Positions 54,437 through 64,000 of a stretch of DNA of 64,000 nucleotides are shown in pieces (within the stretch, counting starts at the first letter, position 1; every line of letters begins with the position of its first letter). The notes below the pieces were generated by a model. The model was not told where the DNA came from. It searched no databases and worked only from the letters and a program-made list of their open reading frames with translations. The DNA is taken from positions 5,022,001-5,086,000 of the forward strand of contig OZ234494.1 of NCBI GenBank assembly GCA_965153455.1, in the 5' to 3' direction. The stretch is from Sphagnum compactum (Eukaryota). The position numbers and the translations under genes are program-made.

Positions 54437-54865
54437 GAATCAAGTTGGCATTGAGACAATCATATTCAATGCCCTTTTTTATGGGGAGGGGCTGGGGGTA
54501 AAATCAGCCTTCTGATTTTTTGTTCAAGAAGATTTTATAAATTTAATTATATTTACCAATTGAGAATGGGAAAAAAAATTAATTGGGATCTTAAAGAGTT
54601 AATAATCACTAGAACTGACAGTTGATAACTCCAAATTAGTGTCTGAAATTTTAGTATCAACATAAGGCCTGTGACAATTATGCTGAGCACCCAATTTGAT
54701 TTCTTCTTACCTTCTCATTGATTATTTCATGTTTGTACACATTGACACTTTGAACATGTACAATGTTTACAAAATGAACTAAGCATTTCATTGTTTTTTT
54801 CTAGACCCAAAAAAAGAAAAAAAGAAAAAAAAAAAGGACTTCAAATTCTAACGAGGATTTCATCT

Positions 54866-54953
54866 TGTAACATGACAAATATTGACCACTTTTGCTTTGA
54901 TATTGTGTGTGTAACATGACAAATATTGACCACTTTTGCTTTGATATTGTGTG
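54866..54953. repeat. Perfect 44-bp tandem duplication
   Basis: TGTAACATGACAAATATTGACCACTTTTGCTTTGATATTGTGTG x2. Confidence 0.9.
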
Positions 54954-56681
54954 TGGCCCGAGAGGGTCTAGGGTCAGAGATTCTTCTAATGAGCTTAGAG
55001 TAGGAATGGATATCAAAGGGATTCACCGCATAGACTTGAAAGACCTGCATACAACCACAATTGGGTGCTTGTCTATTTCCTAATGAGAGTAGGAAACCAG
55101 ATGAAATATGTGTGAACTGTATTACGTGCCTTTGAAAGCAACCCGATGAATGGAAGAAATCTCGGAGGCATGCACACCCCTTTCCAGAGATAGATTTGGC
55201 AGAGTTCTGGACAATGTACCACACAAATATAGAGTACAAACTTGTGTCCGTTGCCAGTTCCTTCACCAAAGTTATTAACTCCTGAAGAAGAACTGCATGT
55301 GCAAAAGCCTCAAAAGACAACTGCAAGCTCATCATGATCAATTGATAATTGAAGCAACAATAAACACACAGATCGGTCAACATTCCTGTGAGATAAAAAG
55401 TCTGCACCAGCTCAAACAAGGTGGACTGATTCTGCAAAAGCATATGGGCTACAGTGCTCGTATAAACTCAAAACACAAACCAGCTTGTGAATGTCTGCAA
55501 AACAGTATGGCAATTCACATACAAAGCATTCAATCTTTGTTGTGGGATTCGGGCCTGCTTAAGCAGAGCTTATTTCACAACCCAGTCTTCTTCAAATGAT
55601 CTGTTCACTACATTCACAGCTTCTGGAATAACCCTCACCCATGCAAGCCTCTTTTGAAACTCCCTCATTGTGATCATTGTACACTGCACATACACTAAGA
55701 TGCTAATACAACAGTTTGGTGTACAAAGGCCTCTAGGGCTTTGTGGCCTGGTATCTATGAAGCTCCAGCTTCCATCAGTAATTTACATGCTCACCAGACA
55801 TATCAAGTACTTCTGTCCACAAAAAAATAGTGGAAACTCTTTCCTAACAAAAGGTGTCAGAGACCGTTGCATTGTCGGGGGAACTTGCTGCATTCCATAA
55901 TTCTTGCAATTCCCCTCATAGAAGAAGATTATGCTTGCTCAGGGCAGTGCCAGTTTCACCCAGGATAATCTTGATTGACCATGTCATTGTTCATGTCTTT
56001 TGGTGTGAACCTTCAAGCCGACAGTCCATCTCATATCCTCTAAGCATCTGCTGCCTCAAAGACACCAAGCACCTTGATATACCTTAATTCTTTCCCTTCC
56101 ACTAATTCCTTTGCCCTGCAAACATTGTAACACACCACTAATCATCAAACTCTACATCCCTGCAAAAAGACATTCATATTACCACATAAAGTGAAAAATT
56201 CACCTCTGCAATGCTGCCTTCAATCTTCCTCAAACACCAGGGCACAATTGCCTCTTAGTGACAAGCAACAGAATCAAAAGACTAGATGGTGAGAGAAATG
56301 TGGTCAGAGAGAAAATCACCTTGGCAGCATCAGGTGGTAGCTAGTTTGTTGTTGCAATGTGGGCAGGTGCGTCAATGTACACACACAGCCAGCCATAATT
56401 TGTGCTGGATAGGTCATTGCAATTGAACAAACCACATTGGTGCCAGGGCTTGCTTCTAGGTTTGAGAAACCCTCCTGAGAGGCACCACCAAATCCTGAAC
56501 CTTCTTGTACTCTAGACATTGAGCCTCTTGTGGTGGTGGCAGCAGCGGTGGAGGCTTAGTGGGCATCACCATGATGATCATTGCATGCATGCTTAAACAC
56601 AAATGGGGGTGCTCCTAATGAATCATCAAACCTGTAGGTATAATTTTTTTTATTATTGTGGCTAATTAGTGAAGATGATGA

Positions 56682-57563
56682 TCAGAAAAGGGGTGCCCTA
56701 TGGGGATGCACCTGCTTCCTTTGGCGAACCCTTGCAGTCAGAGATTCCATACCCTTGGGTGTTGAAGGTCCCACAAGTGTACTGGAATTCATCAGGAACA
56801 CCTGCTGTTGAAACTCTGACAACTCTAGCTGCTGCTGCTCCGGATCAGGCATGAGCAGTGAATATGGAGAAGAAGAAGAAGACAATGGTCCAGAGTTTTC
56901 CAGCCCCATTCCCTTGAAGATCTTCTTCTTCCTTCTCTTGCTCACCGAGTAGTCATTGCGATGAGCCACAAGTTTCCTGGCTCTGGCGGCCTTTGCTTTG
57001 GGAGTAGATGGGTAGAAATCCGGAAGAGGAGGATTCCCGCCTTCGATTCCGTCAGAACTTCCGCTCAAACCCTCGGGCTTGGAGGATCCTTCTTGCAGTG
57101 TGAGGGAAATTGTAAAGTCATGCGCATTTTCGCGAATTGCAGTGAGCTTGCAAAGCAACGAACAGAAGCGGACGGGATCGGCAATGCTACGCTGACATGT
57201 GTGGCAGTAATAGGGCACTCCTTTGGCTAGTTTCTGCTGTGGCCTGCTCTGGAGAAACAGAATCTTGGCAGAGTTGATGGTGTAGAGCTGAATGTTGGAG
57301 AAATCTAAGAGTTTGTAAATGTCGAGCACCCTGACTACGTCCCTGTGAGATGCCTTGCGTATTTGAACCGTCGCATGCCCCGCGTGCGATTCCGCCACTC
57401 CCACGGGACACAATGGCCCCTTTTTGCAGTCGAAACAGAAGTGATTCTTCTCATTCCTCCCCGTCACGTGCGTCGTGCAATGCCCGAAAAACTCGCGGAT
57501 CGACAGTAGCTCCGCCAACCATGGCGGCCCTTCCCTGTGCCCGAATTTCCCACCGATAACCAT
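56682..57563 (-). CDS. PLATZ: PLATZ zinc-binding transcription factor, 293 aa, single exon
   Basis: PPWL..LL...FF..CTTH...N.FCFDC motif; QIRKASHRDVVRV; IQLYTINSAKILFL..RPQ; CHTCQRSIADPVRFCSLLCK; C-terminal RKQVHPHRAPLF. First in-frame ATG at 57563. Confidence 0.93.
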   Translation of the reverse strand: MVIGGKFGHREGPPWLAELLSIREFFGHCTTHVTGRNEKNHFCFDCKKGPLCPVGVAESHAGHATVQIRKASHRDVVRVLDIYKLLDFSNIQLYTINSAKILFLQSRPQQKLAKGVPYYCHTCQRSIADPVRFCSLLCKLTAIRENAHDFTISLTLQEGSSKPEGLSGSSDGIEGGNPPLPDFYPSTPKAKAARARKLVAHRNDYSVSKRRKKKIFKGMGLENSGPLSSSSSPYSLLMPDPEQQQLELSEFQQQVFLMNSSTLVGPSTPKGMESLTARVRQRKQVHPHRAPLF

Positions 57564-58299
57564 TGTGCGTGTGCGCTCTCTCGCTCGTCCTTCAAACACG
57601 ACTTCAACGCTTCAAGACTTACAAACACACCGATCCCGAAATCCCCAGTTCCAAATGCGCCAAATCCCACACCCAAGCAGAAAAAACTCTGAATCTCTCT
57701 CGCCAGAGAAACAAGACCCACATTCAATGGAGACGCAAGATCACACAGCTTTAAAATTTCCTCCAAACGAAAGTCGATTAGTATAGAAAAAGCAGTTTTT
57801 CGCAACTTCCTTCACTACGCAGCATCGCATCAAAACCGCAGAAACAATACAAATGAAGGTAATGAGAGAGCAGACTCATGGAAGTACACCCACGAAAGAA
57901 GGAGCGCTGGTGTGAAGCAAGATGACTTAGGGGAGACGAATACAAACCGACAGAAGTTGCTGCAACAAACTTGGAAATCTAGAGCGAAACATTTAAGAAA
58001 AAACTAGAGATTGTGAAGAGACAGAAGAATAGACTTATTCTTGCTCTTCTTCTTCTTCTTCTTCTTCTATTGTGCGCAGCGAGAAGGAGGAGGAGACGAC
58101 GGGAGCGAGGGAGGGGCGGGATGCGAAGAAGGAGCAAAGCAGAAAGGTGTGCACGAATGGTGTTGCGTTTTGTGTGTGCGGTGGAAGCGACCGACTGTTC
58201 TTCATCGTAGACGTCCGTCCGTCCGTCCGTCCCCCGACTGTCCTGTCCGGCTGCCCGAGGTCCTGTTCCCAGGTGACAACTACCACCTGGTAGTAGTAC

Positions 58300-58654
58300 C
58301 AGTGATTAAGAAAAAAAAAAGTTTGTGACGAGTTTTCGCCATTTTGCAAAAAACAAAAAAAAAAAGCCCTGAGCAACATGGTCAAGGCAAAATTTTGGAA
58401 ATTTTTCAAAAAGATCGCCACATTTGGAGGAAGAAAGTTGTGAAATTGTCAAGATTTTTGGAGGATTTGGGCAGATTTTTAGCTTTCTTCATAAAGAATC
58501 GCCATATTTAGCTAATATGTTCTAGTGGTTCATCAACATGTAATATGATTCCTTCCTAGGTATTCTCTATTTCTCTAGTTGTCTTGTAGCCATATTTGGC
58601 TAAATCCTATCATCACTTTTGGAGTGACATGAGAAAATTGAATAAAAACCACTG
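58300..58654. mobile_element. hAT-type MITE, CAGTG...CACTG, 8-bp TSD AGTAGTAC/AGTTGTAC
   Basis: Perfect 5-bp terminal inverted repeat, 7/8 TSD (58292-58299 vs 58655-58662), internal GTAGCCATATTTGGCTAAATC. Confidence 0.85.
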
Positions 58655-61600
58655 AGTTGTACCAGTGGTTTTTTTTCCAAAAAAATGAAAAAAACACACA
58701 CACAAAAAAATTGTGACTTTTTGAGATTTTTTTCGCCATTTTTCGAAATAAAAAACTAAATTAGCCACATCTAGACCTATGCACTCCCTTGGTCGCCACT
58801 TGTAGCAGAACTTCTGTAAAAATGCAACAATCCCAAGTAAGACGGACGGTCGCCATTTAATGGAATTAAATACACTGCGGAACCTCGCCGAGCAGTGTAC
58901 CTACTTGAGGAATTTGTGGGGAAAAAAAAAAAAGAAACAAAAAAACCCATTTTTTTGTCAGCGCTGCCCGCCACGTTACTTAACCCGAAACCAAATGCGG
59001 CTCGTCAGCCTCTTGCCCCCCTTAGCTTCCCCGTTCACACGGGCCACCTCACTCGTTTCATCGACTGTGGACACGTGCGGGAGATCGTCGACACGTGCTG
59101 CTGGTCCACGGCTGTTGCCGTCTCCTGGGACCGGAGTACTTACTCCGGTTCGTTTTGTTGGGATAGTTTTGAGTTTCTTTCCCTTCATCTCAAACGGATT
59201 AAGTTACCCATTTGGCCAACCACAATTAACTTATGGTTACCCATTTGGCAAAATTTATTCAGCATGTAAAGACTAAAAGACCTCCCAGAAAAATTTTAGT
59301 GTATTTTGGAGGCAATAATGTTATGGAGCAAAAAAAAAATTTGTCAAAGGAGAGGAGGCAAAATTTTATTTTCTCCTAACCTTCACTAAGTCGCTCTTTA
59401 TGCTCTTTATGCCGGGTAAAGCCCTTGGGCAAGGGCATGTGACTAACTTGTATTCTAAAGGTTGTTCAACATAGATAAATAGTGGGAACAATTTGCAATC
59501 CAATTGCAAAAATGACACTATATGGTTTTTGCCATAAGGGAAAATCCATACATGAGAATAAAAAAAATGCTAACATTTTTTTTGAGCTGTATAACCCCAA
59601 CTTCTCTTAGCATGTTGCATGTGGCAGGAACCAACCTTCTTTCTTTTACTTTTCTCGTCAAAAGATTCAAGGAACTTACAATGTAAAGGAGGGGGAGGGG
59701 GGGATGAATCACACCCCTTTTCTTTTGGGGGTGGACAAAATGAATACAACACAAGAGACAACAAGCAAAAGCATGAATCACTTGGAGTGGCCACCCACCC
59801 ATCTAAAACAATGGAAGATACAAGGTGCTTTGCATTGATGTTTTATTAGAAACCAAACCTCAATGTTTTGCAACCATCAATGTGCACTTTTCTCATAACT
59901 TAAAGATATCTCTTTCTCTTTGCTTGCAAATGGTGAGCTCCCCACTCCTCCACCCCCCCCACCAGACAATGTGTGGTGGTTGTTCTTAAATGGATTTTTA
60001 ATAGTATTAATTTGGAGAAAAATAATATATAGACTTGTAAATGATCTAGATAAACCAGCAATGCATGGTGGAGCTGTAATAATAAAGCAGAAATCGGTAG
60101 AGGAAAGGAAAAGGAAGGATAGAAGAAAGAGTACCTGGAACCAGCCTAAAAGGGGTCACTAAAAGCAGCCTGAGAAAGTTCCAATTTCCCCAACAAGACT
60201 TGTCACCCTTTGCGCTTGCCTTGCTTGCATGTCACAATAGGTACGTGTCTGATGCTTTAGGACACGCTCCCTCTTCGACCCAATTTTCGTGAACAGCACA
60301 CTCTAATAATTTCTTGGCTGACACACTTCGGTTTTGAGGAATAAAGTGGTGGAAGCTTTTGTCCAAGTGGAGGAGGATGAGCAACAGGTGCATTTAAATT
60401 TTTTTAAAAAAAACCCCCCAAAAAAATTCCTCTTGTTGTTCATTTGGGCTGGTTACACGCATTCTACTCTACATCCAAAACCTCCAAGAATGGGATATGC
60501 TCTTTTCCATAAATGAATGATGAGCCAAAATGAATTATAACAGGAGATTCCTGTCATGAGTAGTTGAGTTATATAGTGCAATCTGACCAGCAATCACAGT
60601 AAGGATGGAAATCAATCAATTGTGTAAGTAAGGTACTAAAACACTAGTGACAAGGAACATGGGCTACAAATATGGGTGAGGAATATGTATGTCCTAGACT
60701 TCTTGGCTTGGATGACAGTGTCCTATGCTTGCTTGTTCATGGTTCATTTGTTATATGTTTTTTGGCTTGGTCAAAGGAGTTTGTCGTGTAGTCCAGATTG
60801 GGGACGTGGGTTGCAATTTGGGGGCTTGGGAAACCATGGATCCCCTGTCATTAGAATTTTCCTCTAATCAGCTTTTTCATTGCAAAAGCCTTTTGTACTT
60901 ACTTTCATCTTCTAGCTTCAATGGGGGGCTTCACTCTTCTTCATTAACTTATTAAACTTATCCTTAAAGTCATCCTCTGCTTTCACCCCCTATCCCATCT
61001 TTCAGTGGTATCCCCAAAGTAAGGAAATTTTTATTAAATCTGAATATGAAATGCTGAAACTCAACATTTAATGCACAAGATTCGAGAATAATTGTACACG
61101 TAGGAACAGTAAAAAAATATATGTAGCAGCAGTAGAGGCGCTCAAGATAAAGGAAAGAGGGGATCAAACTGAGTTTACGACCAAAATTGGTGGAAAACTT
61201 AATTTGGATCCCAGTTATTTTTTTTTTGCAAAATTTCATTCCCAGTTACACATTTGATGCCCTATTATGCCGAAACTGACCATTGTCGCCAACTAGTCGC
61301 CTGACTTTAGGGATGACTTTATTATACGCCAAATGTAAGTTCCCTGAATCCTTCATAGCAATGATTGAATAGTCAAGGTTTGGACACAAAACAGGCAACC
61401 TATAAAAATATAGATATACTATTTATGGGCTGCTTATCCCTCATAGAAAGCTTATCTGCAGAACTTACTCTTCAAAATGGGAGCTTTGTTGCAAGTTGCT
61501 TCTCGGTCCTTCTTTTAAGCCCCCTTTTTTCTGCTTAGTAGAAAAAAAAACCCACTTCTTTGTTTTGTTGTTGAAATCCAGTAAAACAAAGGAGGAGACC

Positions 61601-62589
61601 CCACTCATTTGTCTGCCTCCAACAAAGTCACACAATTTGGTGGTAAGGTGGCTTGCTGCACAAGAAGTTCACCTGCATCACCATCATCATCCTCCCATGT
61701 CCAAAGGTGGTAGGATCCAGGATATGATGATGTGTCAGGAGTCCAGTATAGTTGGGTTGCATAAACACCACCTAGCATGCATCTCTAATTGGTGTAAATT
61801 TGATGAAAACCTGCTCAACTTTTATTGCCAAAAAAGAAACAATAGCCTACAAGGTGGAAGGAAAAGGAAATGGAAATAGGACATAATTATAGCCAATTAT
61901 ACCATATTGGCTATAATTATTAGTTGTGAGGGTATTTTCATCAAAGTGTCTAGCTATATGGGCAAAGAAGAGTAGAATTTTGGGCAAAGTTATATGCAAT
62001 AAGAGAGAGAATTAGAAGTGGTGAAAGGTATGAAATTAGGTTTAAATTACACCAAACCCCCCCCCCCCCCCTTTGACTGTGTCAGTGAACCAGTACCGTG
62101 CGATTCGTGGGGGACGCATCTGGGTCCTGTATTGATTTCAGGACAAAAGAGAAATTCGTCGACAGGCGTGTGTCACGACAACGAAATGGAGGAGCTTTTT
62201 GCGGGCGTGCCTGCGTCCATGCTTGTGAAATGTGAACGGGGCTATTAACTATCGGGATCTTACATGTGGCGACAAATGTTCGCCGGATACGACGCATCGT
62301 GGCCGCCCATGCAAAACCCAGAGGATAAGAGGAGGAGGTGGATAAGACGCCGCCGGGCCGTCGTGTAAAAAGGTATTTTTAGCCTGGGCTGGGTTGTTGT
62401 CGTCACTCACTCCATGTTGCCACCACTAGTGGCACCGTCCGATCAAGATACCGGCTGATCGTAACCGTCAGAGCCGACACAAGTCAGACCCGTGCACACG
62501 TGGGCCCAATGGGAACCACATCTGCTCTTAGCCCTATCTCTGCCGTCGGATCTCTGCCACATCTAAATCACCACCCCTCACATTCTCAA

Positions 62590-62876
62590 CCGGGGTTTCT
62601 TCCTTTTAATGATTTTGTGATGTAGTCAAAGTGGCGATTATCCAGAAAATAATTTAGCCAACTTTGGCAAAATACTATATGTATATTATGAAAGTAGGAA
62701 AAAAACCAGAATCTGTCTATATTCTTTGGCTACCTACTGGAACTTGTCATGAAAATAAGACTATTTTCAATTGGAGAATTTGGGTCAATTTTTTCCATGA
62801 AAAATCCTTTGGATAGGTATAAATCATATTTTTCAGGTCAAAATTTGGCGAAAATTCGCCACTACAAGAAGCACTA
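62590..62876 (+). mobile_element. hAT-type MITE copy
   Basis: TTTTGTGATGTAGTCAAAGTGGCGAT...TTTAGCCAACTTTGGC...TTTGGCTACCTACTGGAAC...AATTTGGCGAAAATTCGCCACT...GCACTA. Confidence 0.75.
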
Positions 62877-64000
62877 CTCTTGGTGTACTCATTTGCTGTA
62901 AAAATAAAATTTTAAATTTAATTTTTCTCCATTCCCAGTGTTCCCAAATAAATAAGTGCTTTAAATTCCCAAAAACCCGAAAATCCATTTAAATTATTTC
63001 TAGATATTACAAATATGCCAGGCTTAGACTAAACCACGGTCTCTGAGTTAAGTTCTTCAGGGACCCTGGTCCACTACTACCCCTTCATATTCCACATGCA
63101 GTTGTGGGTTTAGGGTTAAGTGGACTGGCCACACAAGGGTCGAATAGCCATTGTCACATGGCCTGATATTTGGAAGGTTCGATGACATCCTCTCAACTAA
63201 AACAAAGTAGAACACAAAACACATATATTAGGATTTTTATCACAAAGTATAAAAATAGGACATTTCATTTACGTTAGGTTGTCATTCATGGATGAAATTC
63301 ATCCATCATCATTTCAAGCTTTTCACAAATAAAGTTTATCCATATTTTGTTATTTGAACCATATTGAATGATGTTTATGATCATTCACATTTCATCCAAT
63401 GAATAAAATTCATCCATTATCCATCTTTTTCATCCATTATTATAATTTTTTCATCCATAATAGTATTAAGAAAAGTGTTTGAGAATATTTTTTGGATCGT
63501 GGGTCATACATATGTAAGTTTCATTGAGCTAACTCGAACAAGAACAAAGTGAGGTTGCCCTCTCATTACCTTTCAATTTGTTCATCATTAGTTTGATATA
63601 CAACTTTGCGATTTACCCTCATTCTTTTTATGTCATGTTTTCAATATTTTCATGCTACAAATAAGATTAGGAAAAATCATGAGACAACATCAATCAAGAT
63701 GACAATGAGCAACAAGCTTTTCTTCAAATAGGATTGACAACTTTGTGATTCTTTCCTCTAAATTTCACAAGACCCTATCATAGGCTATGGGCATCTATTG
63801 AAACACATTGTAGGATAGAGTTTAGTTCCACCACAACTTGAATTGATTTGTGTGTTGTGCAAACAACCTCCACAAACCTTGGAGACCAAAATGGGGGATA
63901 ATAAAAAATGGTGTTCCCAAATTTTGGGGGGTCTATGTTGCTATGGTTGCTTTGAATGAGTCCAACACACATGTAAAAGACACAATTGAAAAATAATTAA

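Noticed and set aside
1-64000. Conserved plant miRNA, tRNA or rRNA genes
   Set aside because: By eye I found no match to the conserved miRNA families I recall, and no tRNA cloverleaf or rRNA. This scan is not exhaustive and needs Infernal/tRNAscan-SE.

Overview
Eukaryotic nuclear DNA from a land plant. The AT-rich, MITE-dense, microsatellite-rich style suggests a moss such as Sphagnum, which is an inference. There are three intact protein-coding genes: (1) an intronless chloroplast-type elongation factor 4 (cpLEPA/GUF1, + strand, 14851-17136); (2) a 9-exon GT106/O-fucosyltransferase-family glycosyltransferase (+ strand, 44774-48763, exon phases all consistent, 656 aa); (3) an intronless PLATZ zinc-binding transcription factor (- strand, 57563-56682). 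The rest is mostly decayed transposon sequence: a hAT transposase relic, a Ty3/gypsy integrase fragment, about a dozen copies of a ~250-360 bp CAGTG...CACTG MITE (several with 8-bp TSDs), and minisatellites. The most notable observations are: a hidden decayed gene directly behind cpLEPA whose 5' part lies on the minus strand and 3' part on the plus strand (inversion / twin-priming geometry); a 41-bp minisatellite filling the cpLEPA proximal promoter; and a ~170-185 bp long-range inverted repeat bracketing a transcript-like island with no long ORF. I found no prokaryotic-type system, RNA gene or CRISPR array, and I cannot claim a new biological system from the sequence alone.
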